DNA of 64,000 nt, taken from the NCBI GenBank assembly GCA_965206595.1, contig OZ242214.1:288001-352000 (forward strand). Reading direction: 5' to 3'. The DNA is from Candidatus Latescibacterota bacterium. Its GTDB lineage: Bacteria; Latescibacterota; UBA2968; UBA8231. The position numbers and the translations under genes are program-made. The notes below the pieces were generated by a model that was given only the letters and a program-made list of their open reading frames with translations, did not search any database and was not told where the DNA came from. This document shows, one piece after another, positions 19,406 through 30,316 of this stretch; the stretch's first letter is position 1; each line of letters begins with the position of its first letter.

Positions 19406-20337
19406 ATGAATGAATCCAAGAATAGCGCCATTGATCCACGACGCCTTAAAATGGCGTCCCGTACCGTCCGGCATACCATTTTCTGGCACCCGTCAACTGG
19501 ATGAACGATCCGAACGGAACCCTCTTCTGGAAAGGCAGGTACCACATCATCGGAACCTACGCCGACCGCAGGTTCACTCCTGAACGTCACAAACGATTGG
19601 CCCTCGGCGAGACAGGCCGCCCCGGTGTCTACAACGAGGGTCTGACGCTGCTGGACGACAAGGGCCGGCGCATTCTGTTCGGGCGCCTGCACGAAGGGCG
19701 CTACAGTTACGTCCAACGCGCCTCCGGCTGGGCGGGGATATTCGCCCTCCCGATGGTGCTGTCGTTGTCCGACGACGGCGACCTGCTCATGGAACCGGTC
19801 CCGGAACTGGAGGCGTTGCGAGGTGAGCACACGCACTTTTCCGATATCCAGTTGAACGCGGAGGAAGATTGCCGGCTTGATGGAATCAGTGGAAACCGGC
19901 TGGAAATCCGAGCGTTGCTCGAATGGGAGAGCGCCGAAGAATTCGGTCTGAAAGTCTGCTGTTCTCCCGGCGGCGAAGAGCAAACCCTGATTCGTTTCAA
20001 CCTCAATCCATGGTCAGCCAACCGTGCGCCGCAAGAGATCGGGCCGCTCAGGGAGTTGATTCTGGACGTAAGCCGCTCCAGCATCAGTCTTGAGGTGAGC
20101 AATCGCGAATCGCAGCGGTGCGCGTTCGACCACCCTTACGGCAAGCCGATGGAACTGCGGGTGTTCGTGGACCGGAGCGTGGTGGAGGTCTTCGCCGATG
20201 ACCGCCATTATCTGGCGAAGCGCATATATCCCGCCCGCCCGGACAGTCTCGGCGTACAGCTTTTTTCGCGAGGGGGAAAGGCGACTGTGCGTTCCCTGGA
20301 CGTATGGCAGATGGGGGCCATCTGGCCCATTGAATAG
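19406..20337 (+). pseudogene. GH32 beta-fructosidase with a frameshift and a large internal deletion
   Basis: YRPAYHFLAPVNWMNDPNG...RYH is joined directly to a late propeller blade. RDP and EC motifs are missing; the C-terminal LRVFVDRSVVEVF is intact. Confidence 0.8.
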
Positions 20338-20450
20338 CATCGTTTCGCATTGGAACGGGTTTCCCGGGGCAATCCGTGCAGGTCGCCGCTCCCGGGCAAT
20401 CCCCACCAAAACGGAGGAACTCCGAAACACCGGGAGCGGCGGGTTTTGAA

Positions 20451-21236
20451 ATGACCACGGACGTGTCCCGTCAGTACAAGGATTCCAGGAACCTCAGGGC
20501 GCGCCTCAGCCTCCACGTCCGATTCAGCACCAACAAGCTCGACTGGTCCAGGTGGGTCTTCGAGCGCCTCGGCCTGAAACCGGACAGCCGTGTTCTGGAG
20601 TTGGGGTGCGGGACCGGGGAGCTCTGGAAGCGCAATCTGCCGGATGTGCCGCCGGGATGCGAGGTCGTGCTGTCGGACCTGTCCCCCGGCATGGCGACCG
20701 AGGCGCGTGACAGACTGGCGGCGGACCGTCGGTTCATGACCTGCGTGTGCGACGCGCAGGCACTGCCGTTCCCGGAGGAGTCCTTCGACCTGGTTGTGGC
20801 CAACCACATGCTCTACCACGTTGCGGATCGCCGGCGCGGGCTGGGAGAGATATGGAGGGTACTGAAACCGGGAGGCAGGTTGATGGCTGCCACTAACGGC
20901 CTGTCCCACATGCGGGAGCTGTTTCAAATGCTGGACCGGGTGAGTCCCGGCACCAAAAGCAGGCTCGTCGCAGTCGAGGGAAGGTTCAGCCTGCAGAACG
21001 GCGCCGACCTGCTCGGGGAGTGGTTCACCGAGGTTGCCATGACGCCGCGTGACGACTCCCTGGAGGTAACGGAGGCCGGGCCGGTGGTCGCTTACGGGCT
21101 GTCGACCAACCGCGACCTGTCTGGAGACAGGGCATCCAGGTTGGCGGAGCTCGTGGAGGATGAGATAGCCAGGAACGGCCGGTTTGCCATCACCAAGGAG
21201 ACCGGCCTGTTCGAGGCGCGGAAGCAGCGGGGGTAG
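20451..21236 (+). CDS. Class I SAM-dependent methyltransferase
   Basis: VLELGCGTG, DLSPGM, FDLVVANHMLYHV, RVLKPGG. Confidence 0.9.
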   Translation: MTTDVSRQYKDSRNLRARLSLHVRFSTNKLDWSRWVFERLGLKPDSRVLELGCGTGELWKRNLPDVPPGCEVVLSDLSPGMATEARDRLAADRRFMTCVCDAQALPFPEESFDLVVANHMLYHVADRRRGLGEIWRVLKPGGRLMAATNGLSHMRELFQMLDRVSPGTKSRLVAVEGRFSLQNGADLLGEWFTEVAMTPRDDSLEVTEAGPVVAYGLSTNRDLSGDRASRLAELVEDEIARNGRFAITKETGLFEARKQRG

Positions 21237-21277
21237 AAGGTGAGCGGGGAAACTATCGGGAAATCAGGGATTCTCCT

Positions 21278-21703
21278 TCAAACCTCGGTTTCACCGTCAC
21301 CCCAGCGCTCGCGCATCTGGAAGAGCGTGAAGGACGCGGTCCAGGCGATCAACACCAGGCCGGTCACGGCCTCCAGCACCACCAGGAGCTGGCCGCCGCG
21401 CAGGGGCACGACGTCGCCGAAGCCGAGGGAGGTGTAGACCGACCCGGAGAAGTAGACGATGTCGAGAATGGTCGGAGAGGGGATGGTCAGCTCCACGGCC
21501 CCGGCGCGAATCAGCACGAGCCATCCGAGCGCGAAGAGCAGCACTTCGGCGACGTGCGCCCCCAGCGCCAGCACAACCGCCACGGCCACGGCCCCCCGCT
21601 TCCATCCCGGCAGGGAGCGGACCACCGCGGAGGCCAGCACGAGCAGTTCGTAGTGCAGGCCGACGACGAGCAGGGGGAGAACGACCGCGGCGATGAAAGT
21701 CAA
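21278..21703 (-). CDS. Small two-TM ion channel (Ion_trans_2) protein
   Basis: YFSGSVYTSLGFGDVVP pore signature; TTG start inferred. Confidence 0.8.
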   Translation of the reverse strand: MTFIAAVVLPLLVVGLHYELLVLASAVVRSLPGWKRGAVAVAVVLALGAHVAEVLLFALGWLVLIRAGAVELTIPSPTILDIVYFSGSVYTSLGFGDVVPLRGGQLLVVLEAVTGLVLIAWTASFTLFQMRERWGDGETEV

Positions 21704-22009
21704 GGGGAGGGCCTTTCGTGGACGCCCTTGAGGCGGCCCCGGAGATCGGGAATGGTCACTGCGGGGATCGGTGCCATCGGCAATGGCTTCGCGTCGAGAC
21801 CGCGGGCCCTGAGGTCGGAGGCGAAAACCCGCGATGAAACCGGACCCTGCCACCCGTATCTTTCAGCCGGAAGAGCACGGACTGTCGGCATCGGGAGCGA
21901 TGAACCGTGAAAGTGGGGAGCATTGCGATCCCCTCCGTTGCAGGGCTTCGGATAGCGCGATGTCCCGACCGTTCAGCCAACCCCTTCCTGCAAACACCCA
22001 GGACACATC

Positions 22010-23883
22010 ATGGCCAAACGCAAGAGCAGGTCCGGGTCGCGTGACGTGACCCGCGGGGGCGACGTTCCCCGCACCTTTGAGACGAGGACCGGGGAATTCA
22101 ACTACAGGCGCCTCGAGTCGATGGTGCCCATGCGCGACGGCGTGAAGCTGTTCACGTTGATCCTGATTCCGGAGGGCGTGGCGGGGAAGATGCCGATCGT
22201 GCTGACGCGCACCCCCTACGACGCCAAGGGCCGGGTTTCGCGCAGCCACAGCCCCGACATCGCCATGGTCCTGCCCGCGGCGGACGAGGCCCTCGTGCGC
22301 GACGGTTACATCCGCGTCTACCAGGACGTGCGCGGCCGCTTCGGCTCAAAGGGGAAGTACACCATGACCATGCCGGTGCGTGGGCCTTCAACGAGAGCGG
22401 GGTGGACCAGGTCACCGACGCCTGGGACACGGTCGAGTGGCTGGTGGAGAACGTCGAGGGCAACAACGGCCGCGTCGGCATCACCGGCGCTTCCTACGAC
22501 GGCCTGCTCACCCTGATGGCGCTCCTCGACCCGCACCCGGCCCTGAAGGCCGCCGTCCCCGTAAACGCCATGGTCGACTCCTGGCTCGGCGACGACTTCT
22601 ACCGGCACGGCGCCTTCCGCACCGTCATGCTGCAGTACGTCTACCGGCAGACCTCGACCAGGAGTGCCAGCCATTCCATCCCGTGGGGCTGCCGCGACAA
22701 CTACCAGGCCGTGCTCGAGGCCGGCTCCATCGGCGAGCTGGGGCGCCGCTACGGGGCCGACCGGCTCCCCGCCTGGAAGCGCCTCCTGGCGCACCCCGCC
22801 TACGACGACTACTGGAAGGACCAGGCCCTGCAGGAGCAGCTGGCGCGGGCGCCGCGGCGCGTCCCCGTGATCACCGTGCACAGCCTGTTCGACGCCGAGG
22901 ACCTCTACGGCCCGGTGCTCAGCCACGAGGCCATGGCCCGCAACGACCCGAGGGGCACGCGCACCCACCTGGCCATCGGGCCCTGGGCCCACGGGCAGAT
23001 GAGCAAGGAAGGATCGGAGCTCGGGAGCCTGAAGTGGGGGGAGGACACCTCCCTGCGCTTCCGCCGCGAGATGCTCAAGCCCTTCTGGGACCACCACCTC
23101 AAGAGAAGGAAGCCGGCCGAGCCGCTGCCGCGGGTGCTCGCCTTCGAGACGGGCGCCAACCGCTGGCGGCAATACTCGAGCTGGCCGCCGGTGAAGGAGA
23201 CGGAATCCCGCCGGCTCCACCTGCAGCCTGAGGGCGGTCTTTCATTCAAGGCCCTCCGGGCCGGGGACAGCCGCACCGAGTACGTCTCGGACCCGGCCAA
23301 GCCGGTGCCCTACCGGGTGCGCCCGATCCCGCCTGCCTTCGGCGGGGAGTCGACCTGGTCGCGGTGGCTGGTCGACGATCAGCGGCCCTTCTCCGACCGC
23401 ACCGACGTGCTCGTCTTCGTCGGCGAGCGGCTGCGGGAGCCCCTTACCCTGTGCGGCGAGCCATCGGCGACGCTCTTCGCCTCGACCACCGGCACCGACG
23501 CCGATTGGGTCGTCAAGCTCATCGACCTGTACCCCGACGAGGTCCCGGCGGAGCCGGCCATGGGCGGCTACCAGCTGATGATTTCCGGAGACATCCGGCG
23601 CGGCCGCTACCGCGAGAGCTTCGAGAAGGCGGAGCCGATCCCGCCCGGGCAGGTGCTGCCCTACCGCATAACCATGCCCCACGTGAACCACACCTTCCTG
23701 CCCGGGCACCGCATCCTCGTGCAGGTGCAGAGCTCGTGGTTCCCGGTCTACGACCGCAACCCGCAGACCTTCGTGGAGGAGATCGCCTGGGCCCGGCCGG
23801 AGGACTTCCGCAAGGCGACCCACGCCATCCATCACGGCCGCGGGGCGGCCAGCTTCGTCGAGCTGCCCATGCGCAAAGACTGA
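22010..23883 (+). CDS. CocE/NonD hydrolase (amino-acid ester hydrolase-like) with a frameshift at ~22385
   Basis: MRDGVKL, LTRTPY, QDVRGRFGSKG, GASYDG, IGPWAHG, QVQSSWFPVYDRNPQ across two frames. Confidence 0.85.
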
Positions 23884-23889
23884 TTCTTC

Positions 23890-24035
23890 CCATCAAGATT
23901 CTGGAAAACGGCAAGACTCGGTCGATCTACCGTCGCGTCAGCAGCGGCGGAAGTTTCGGTTGCAGTTCTCCGGCAAAATTTCGGCTCGGGAAAGGCGACA
24001 GGGATCGAATCGATTGAAGTCCACTGGCCGAAAGG
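23890..24035 (+). pseudogene. ASPIC/UnbV domain remnant
   Basis: RSIYRRVSSGGSFGCS/GLGKATGIESIEVHWP across a frameshift. Confidence 0.55.
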
Positions 24036-24258
24036 CGATCTCGTGCAGAGATTTCGCGACGTGGCAATGGATCAATCGATTGAAATGGTCGAAGGCGAAA
24101 GGGCTACTCCACGCTGCCATTCGAGTCATCCGTGCCGGGTGGCAGACAGGGTCCGAAGCCCCGTCCTGTAGCCGCAGCCCCATCCCTTGAAGGAGAGTGA
24201 GTTACCGGGTGGGGACTCGTACGGTGTATTTCCGCCCCCCACCGGGGAGAGAAAACAA

Positions 24259-26175
24259 ATGAGAAAAGCGACATCGCTGTTATTTTCCGCCCTAGTCTGC
24301 GCGCACACTGCGGCGCTGTCCTGGGCGGGGGAAGTAGACACGGTCATGACCTTTACTGCAGAGTTTCCCGGACCGGTGCGACAGCTGGTAGAGGCTCCGG
24401 GATCAGGGCTGTTCGCCGTTGTCGGCGGCACCGGGGGCGGGCTGGCGTCGGTGGCAGATGACGGGTACCAGTTTGTCTACCGCGGGGAGGTTGTCTCCGT
24501 GGCGGCATCTCTCGACGGGTACCTGTTCCTGACGACGAGAAGCTCGGGAGAAGCCAGGGTTTTGCGCCTTTCCGCCGGAAACGCATCGCGAGAGGGCGGG
24601 GAGGATGCGGACCAAGCGGAGCTTCTTCCGCCCACCGACGTTACGGACCGCTTTGGCTCTCCGGCTTCTGGAGACTGCCGGGTGGTGCGTTCGAGTACGG
24701 GCGAGATATGGGTGGAGGGCGCCCCCGAGCTGCGCCGGGCAGACGGCGAGTTCGCTCCCGTTCCGACCGCGGCCAGCGGACTGACGGCGGTGCCCCTGGC
24801 GAGGGACATGCACGGCAATTCCTGGTCGCTGTCATCGTCGGGAAGCCAGGTGTTGGTACGGGCGGCGAACGCTCCGGCCGAATGGCGGAATGCAGGCCCT
24901 TCAGGGGGAGGGCCCTGGTCCTTCCTTGTTGCCGATGTCAGCGGGTTCGTCTGGGTCGGCGGCGCCAACGGCCTGCGACGCCTGGACCCGCTCGAAGCGG
25001 ACGCGGGATGGCTCGAGCTTCCGGCGACCCTCAGCCTGCCTGCCAGTCCCGTGTCCTCGCTGAGCCGCTCGCCGAACGGCAAGGCCCTCGTCTGCTTTGC
25101 GTCGGGCGAGGTCATCGAAATCGACTACGGCCGCGACAGCCGCAAAGCCGAAATCGTCCACCTGACCGACGAGGTGCTGCCGGCCCCGGCGGACGTCGGC
25201 TACAGTGACTCCAAAGGCCGGATCTGGTTGGGCATCGGGTCGAAGCTTTACCGCAAGAAGGCGCATCCGCTCGCCTGGCAGCGCCACTGGGAAATGCTCA
25301 GCCCTTTGCCGGGGGGCAATCACGACATCTTCTCCGTCGAGGTGGATGGCCGGCTGTATACGGCGGGTGGGGTGACCGCCGGTTGGGGCTACCCCGCCGA
25401 GCACCACTGGTTCGACGAACTCTGGGCGTACGACAGCGCCACCCAGGTCTGGGCAGTGGCCGGGAAACTGCAGGACGTACTCTGTTACAACGGCATCGCC
25501 ACGCTCGACGGCGACGTCTGGGTGGTGGGAGGTGCGGATAACGTCGACGGCACCCGGATATCGACGGCTACCGTACAGATTTTCGATCCGCGCACGGCGT
25601 CGTGGCGTCCGGGGCCGTCCCTGAACGAGGCGCGGCAGGAGCCGGTGGTGGTAACGGCCGGCAACCGCGTGTACGCCATCGGCGGCGCCAGCGACTATTC
25701 GACCCCGATGACTTCGGTTGAAAGCATCGGATCGGGGGAATCGCAGTGGCGCATGGAGCCGGCTCTGCCGGAACCGATGCAGCAATTCGCCGGAGCCGTC
25801 CTCGACGACGGCATATACGTCGTTTCAAAAAACGCGGCCTTCTCCTACGACTCGAAGGCAGAGTCGTGGAGCGAACTGCCCCACCTGTGGCACATGCCCC
25901 AGGCAGCGCAGGTGGCGGCTCACGACGGCGAAATCTGGGTGTTGGGGGGCGTCCGTACCAAGCGCACGTTCCGCTATGATCCGGACGCGGGCTCATGGCG
26001 GCCGGGACCGTCGCTGCCGACCGAACAGTCCTGGGGCTCGGCGAGCGATCTCAACGGTCGTTTGATCGTTGCCGGCGGCGCCCACTGGTCGGAGCTCCAC
26101 GGGCGTTACCTCTTCGACGATGCGGTGTACGCGTATCGGGAAGGCTCTTTCGTGCCCGAGGAAAGCTCAGAGTAA
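24259..26175 (+). CDS. Secreted multi-propeller protein with C-terminal Kelch repeats
   Basis: Signal peptide; N-terminal WxG propeller blades; Kelch repeats GRLYTAGG, DVWVVGG, RVYAIGG, EIWVLGG, RLIVAGG. Confidence 0.8.
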   Translation: MRKATSLLFSALVCAHTAALSWAGEVDTVMTFTAEFPGPVRQLVEAPGSGLFAVVGGTGGGLASVADDGYQFVYRGEVVSVAASLDGYLFLTTRSSGEARVLRLSAGNASREGGEDADQAELLPPTDVTDRFGSPASGDCRVVRSSTGEIWVEGAPELRRADGEFAPVPTAASGLTAVPLARDMHGNSWSLSSSGSQVLVRAANAPAEWRNAGPSGGGPWSFLVADVSGFVWVGGANGLRRLDPLEADAGWLELPATLSLPASPVSSLSRSPNGKALVCFASGEVIEIDYGRDSRKAEIVHLTDEVLPAPADVGYSDSKGRIWLGIGSKLYRKKAHPLAWQRHWEMLSPLPGGNHDIFSVEVDGRLYTAGGVTAGWGYPAEHHWFDELWAYDSATQVWAVAGKLQDVLCYNGIATLDGDVWVVGGADNVDGTRISTATVQIFDPRTASWRPGPSLNEARQEPVVVTAGNRVYAIGGASDYSTPMTSVESIGSGESQWRMEPALPEPMQQFAGAVLDDGIYVVSKNAAFSYDSKAESWSELPHLWHMPQAAQVAAHDGEIWVLGGVRTKRTFRYDPDAGSWRPGPSLPTEQSWGSASDLNGRLIVAGGAHWSELHGRYLFDDAVYAYREGSFVPEESSE

Positions 26176-26333
26176 ACCAGGTGATATGCCGGAAGAGGGC
26201 GGGCGGCGGCGGCGCGAAGCGCCCAGGCATCTTCCGCAAATGAAATCGGGCCCTCGCCGCGGTTGGTAAGAGCCTGCTGGGCCTATTGTGGGGGTGCCCG
26301 CCTCCGGCACGACCCCGCCGCAGAGTGAGGGAA

Positions 26334-27542
26334 TCAGCCCCAGCTCGCGATGAAGTCGTCGACCTCGAAGTTCTCGGGCATGTCGTAGAAGCGGTAGCGC
26401 GTACTGGTGACGTGCATCATCGGCTCGAACTGATCGCCGTCCGCCTGCAGCCTGGCATCGAGGGTTTCGAAGCGCTGCCACAGCTGCCCGGCCTCTTCCG
26501 CGGTGAAGCGGTCGCGCATCGGCTCCAACAGGTTGACGTAGAATGCCCCCGCGGCCGCGCGCCCCTCCTCCTCACTCGCCCCGGGATCGTGGAACACCGG
26601 CAGCGCTCTCGCCGCCTTCGACAGCAGCGTCAGGGTGACCATGCGTCCCTGCTCGCCGGGGTGTAGCCGCGTCAGGCCGTCGCGGAAAACCCGGGCATCC
26701 CGGTCGATCATCGCCCGGAAGATCCCGCATATGAGGTCGCACTCCGCAACGTAGCAGTCCTCGAAGCCCTCGAACTGCCGCCGCGATTCCGCAGAAAGCC
26801 GGTCGGCGAACTCGAGGTCCCAGCCGTGTCCGGCATAGTACGGAAAGATGCGGCTCCCGAAACAGCGGTACCCGAGGTGAAGGGTGCGGCGCAGCCGGGC
26901 GGTGTAGTTGCTGCCCCAGTGCAGGATCATGTTGCTGTAGGCGACGCCGTCGCCGGCCTCGAGCTCGACCGGGATGCTGCCGGGCATCGGCGCCCAGGCG
27001 TCGAAACGCCACTGCGCGTTCTCCGCCTCGGTGTTGCGGCGCCGGTGACTCCCAGGCACCACCCACAGCACGTCATCGTCGTAGAGGGCGACGTTCCACT
27101 GCACGAGGGCCGGGCCGTTGGCGAGCATGTCCTCCTGCAGGCCGCACAGGGGCGTCAGGCTGGGAGGGGTGATGTCGCGGTGCCAGCGGGTGCGTCCCAT
27201 CCCGACCGGGGGGCTGCATAGCATGGCGAGCATCCCGGGGCTGGCGACCGGCGCCCCCAGGAGCTGCCGGCTGACGCCCAGGGTGGTCTCCCCGAGACAG
27301 AAGTCGACGACGTGGGCGGTCGACTCGCCGACGACCTTGTCGATGGAGACGCGGGGCTGTTTTGCGAGCTCCCATTCGCCTCCTGGGGGATCCCCCAGGT
27401 TGCGCTCCTGCCTCCAGATCTCTTTCTGTCGCTCCAGCAACCGCTCGCAGCTCTCGCGCATGCGCGAGAGCTGCCCGCCGGGGACGACTCCGCGGAGGAT
27501 GACGAATCCCTGCTCGAGCAGTTCCTGTCGGTCGATGTCCAT
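26334..27542 (-). CDS. PhyH-family dioxygenase with C-terminal extension
   Basis: WHRD, QWNVALYDDDVLWVVPGSHRR, ILHWGSNY. Confidence 0.85.
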   Translation of the reverse strand: MDIDRQELLEQGFVILRGVVPGGQLSRMRESCERLLERQKEIWRQERNLGDPPGGEWELAKQPRVSIDKVVGESTAHVVDFCLGETTLGVSRQLLGAPVASPGMLAMLCSPPVGMGRTRWHRDITPPSLTPLCGLQEDMLANGPALVQWNVALYDDDVLWVVPGSHRRRNTEAENAQWRFDAWAPMPGSIPVELEAGDGVAYSNMILHWGSNYTARLRRTLHLGYRCFGSRIFPYYAGHGWDLEFADRLSAESRRQFEGFEDCYVAECDLICGIFRAMIDRDARVFRDGLTRLHPGEQGRMVTLTLLSKAARALPVFHDPGASEEEGRAAAGAFYVNLLEPMRDRFTAEEAGQLWQRFETLDARLQADGDQFEPMMHVTSTRYRFYDMPENFEVDDFIASWG

Positions 27543-27599
27543 TTCGCTTCTCCCTCCAGTCGCAGTCGCTGCGAGTGGAGGATCGCGGGTCTCGGCGTT

Positions 27600-30311
27600 T
27601 CAGTAGGCGACGGCGAGGGTGCGGAAGACTTCGCGCCGGTCCAGGTCGGCGCCCTTGCCGTCGGCATCGACGTGAAAGCGGAGCGCGTAGATTCCCGGGG
27701 GCACGAGGTTGCCGGAGTCGTCCTCGCCGTTCCACTCCAGCGAGTACGCTCCGGCGCTGACGTCGCGCTCTTCCTCGAGGGTGCGCACCCGACGTCCGCC
27801 GAGATCAAAGATATCGACGGCAACGCGCCGGCTGCGCCCGACGAGGAGAACGGTGAAGCCGAGGTCGGCTACGTCGTTGACGCCGTCGCCGTTGGGGCTG
27901 AAAGCGGGGGGCATCTCGAAACCGGCGAACAGCTCCCTGGCGCTCTGCATGCCGACCACGACCAGGCTGTTGGCGCCGATCCGGGCCGCGGCGTCCCCCT
28001 CGTCGACCTGCTGCCAGACCACCTCGCCGGCGCCGTCCCCGAGCCGGACGAAGGCCTGCACGATTCCTCCGACGGAGAACAGCTCCCCGAAAAAGTCGAG
28101 CCGGAGCAACTCGGCGCCGGCGCCGGGACCGATGAGGGGAAAGGTCACCAGCAGGCTGTCCTCTCCGGTCGGCGACGGCAGCGCCTCTACGGCGAACTCC
28201 TCCGGACCGTCTGCGGCGAGCAGGTCGGCCTCGGCGCCGGCGTACAATCCGGAGAAACCGAGGCTCATGCCCTTGGGAGCGGTGAGCAGAATGCCGTCGA
28301 AACCGGGGTTCCCCGAGCTGAAACTGGGTCGGACGTACAGGGAGAAGGGCATCTCGACGGCCAGGGACTCCACCTGGGTGGGGGTCAGCTCCCCGAGAAA
28401 CCCGTCCGCCAGCGGATCCCTGTAGTTGATGCGGACCGCCTTCAGGGTGGCTGCCGCTTCGGGAGTGTCGGACAGGAGGGTAGCCCGGATCTGGACGTAC
28501 TTGCGCGGCGAGGGGGAGGTGATGCGGGCCCCCGAGACGAGGTACGGATCGCTCCAGGCGCTCGAGTCGCTGCCCATGATCTCCTCGGTGACGATGTCGC
28601 CCTGCAGGAGGTTGTCCGGAATTTTCACCTTGTCGTTCGGTTTCTGGAGCTTGTCGTATTTCTCCTCCGTCACCTCGTCTCCGGTTCCGTTGAAGTAGCG
28701 GGTGACCTCGGACTTGATCTGGCTGGTGCGGGTCTGCAGGAAGAGGCGGGTTTCCGGCGGGGTCTCGGCGTCCCACTCGATGGAGGTGAGGGTGCGCGTG
28801 CCCCGCGGATCGATGAGGGGGGACGCGATGGTGACCTGCGGCTGAAACCCTACGCCGAAGACCTGCCATTCGGTGATGGGATAGACCGCCGCGTGCATGG
28901 GCCGCGGGGTTCTGTCGTAGGCCAGGCGCACGAAGCGGGCCTTGATCGGGGTATCGAGAGTGTGCCGCTCGACGTGGCTCTTTGTAGGGGAAACCGCCAT
29001 GTTCGGGTCGTCCTCCCGCGGCTGCTTCGCCATCACCTCCTGGGTCACCACCTTCGCCGTTACCCAGTTGAGGCTGCCGTCCACCCGCTTCGACCCGTCG
29101 GAGAGATCGAGCTGGTGATTTCCCAGGCTGAAAGTGATGATAGCGCCGGTGAGGCTCTGGACGATGCGGACGCTCTTGACCCAGAAGAACGACCCGAGGT
29201 CGGCGACGATTCCCGGTTTACGTATGGCGTCGTCGAGCACGTACCAGACCGCGGGGAAGTTCGTACCGATGTCGCCGTCGAACATCCCCTTGGGGCCGGA
29301 TTTGATCTTCGGCAGGCTGCTAATGGACCCGCCGCGGTCGAGCAGGTCCCGGGCGATGTCCTCTCCCTCCTCCCAGACCTCGATTTCGGCGAGCCGCGGC
29401 CGCTCCCGGCGGAAATGGCGGACAGGCCCCCGGGTCTCGTCGGGGAGGCGCTCCCAGTTTTCCCTGCTGACGGCGATCTCCCGGCCGCCGCTCCCCAGCT
29501 TGATGTACTCCACAGTCCCCACGGTCCCGGGGGACTCCTGCTGCAGGCGCTCGTATTCGGCGGCATCGATCTCAGCGCCGCGGTCGAGCCGCGAGCCGCG
29601 CGCGACCATCTGGATGAAGCGCACCACCATTTCCCGCCGGAGCTTCGGGGCATCGGTGAAATCGACCTCGAACCGGCGACGGGTCGTATTGGGCTCGACC
29701 ATCTGCAGCACCGGCAGGAAGTCGATGCTCTGGCCGCCTCTCGCGGAGATGGGCGCCTGGCCGTCCGAAGTGAGCACTTCGAAGAGGTAGAAGGGATCCC
29801 CCAGTTCCTCGTCGACGAAGGTGACGACGATCCTGTTGGCGACGACGATGCGGCCGAGATCGATCCGGAACCACCAGGAGGCGGAGAGATCGGACCGCTC
29901 CTGGGGAGGGTCGGGCTCCCAGTAGGTGGCCGGGTCCCCGTCGAGCGCGTTGACCACGTCCTCGCGGTTGCTGCCGGCGGTGATGGCGTCGAGGAGCCGG
30001 ATCTCTCCCGGAGTCTTGCCGGCCAGATAGTCAGGTGGATTGTCCCGCAGGAAGCGCACGATTTCGCCGGTGGCGTTGGTGTTCAGCTGCCAGCGGCGCG
30101 GCTGTACCCCTTCGGGTGCGATCGTCACCGACCCCTCGGGGAAGTGCCACGACTCCCAGTGCTGCCGGGAATCGACGGTAATCTGGCGGCGGGACCGGTC
30201 GAGGCGATAGGAGGTCTGGGCGAAGACCTCGGCCTGCGCCAGGAGCAGGAAAGCGGCCAGCAGCCAGGGGGCGGGCCGCCATGCCGAGGAAGCTGCTGCC
30301 ATTCGCTCCAT
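27600..30311 (-). CDS. Secreted protein with discoidin-like domains and FlgD-Ig/type B-like CTD (cargo A1)
   Basis: Signal peptide; ALDGDPATYW...RIDLGR and MFDGD...ADLG; C-terminal FSPNGDGVND...DIFDLGGRRVR...WNGED...VPPGIY...AVAY. Confidence 0.8.
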   Translation of the reverse strand: MERMAAASSAWRPAPWLLAAFLLLAQAEVFAQTSYRLDRSRRQITVDSRQHWESWHFPEGSVTIAPEGVQPRRWQLNTNATGEIVRFLRDNPPDYLAGKTPGEIRLLDAITAGSNREDVVNALDGDPATYWEPDPPQERSDLSASWWFRIDLGRIVVANRIVVTFVDEELGDPFYLFEVLTSDGQAPISARGGQSIDFLPVLQMVEPNTTRRRFEVDFTDAPKLRREMVVRFIQMVARGSRLDRGAEIDAAEYERLQQESPGTVGTVEYIKLGSGGREIAVSRENWERLPDETRGPVRHFRRERPRLAEIEVWEEGEDIARDLLDRGGSISSLPKIKSGPKGMFDGDIGTNFPAVWYVLDDAIRKPGIVADLGSFFWVKSVRIVQSLTGAIITFSLGNHQLDLSDGSKRVDGSLNWVTAKVVTQEVMAKQPREDDPNMAVSPTKSHVERHTLDTPIKARFVRLAYDRTPRPMHAAVYPITEWQVFGVGFQPQVTIASPLIDPRGTRTLTSIEWDAETPPETRLFLQTRTSQIKSEVTRYFNGTGDEVTEEKYDKLQKPNDKVKIPDNLLQGDIVTEEIMGSDSSAWSDPYLVSGARITSPSPRKYVQIRATLLSDTPEAAATLKAVRINYRDPLADGFLGELTPTQVESLAVEMPFSLYVRPSFSSGNPGFDGILLTAPKGMSLGFSGLYAGAEADLLAADGPEEFAVEALPSPTGEDSLLVTFPLIGPGAGAELLRLDFFGELFSVGGIVQAFVRLGDGAGEVVWQQVDEGDAAARIGANSLVVVGMQSARELFAGFEMPPAFSPNGDGVNDVADLGFTVLLVGRSRRVAVDIFDLGGRRVRTLEEERDVSAGAYSLEWNGEDDSGNLVPPGIYALRFHVDADGKGADLDRREVFRTLAVAY

Positions 30312-30316
30312 CTGTC

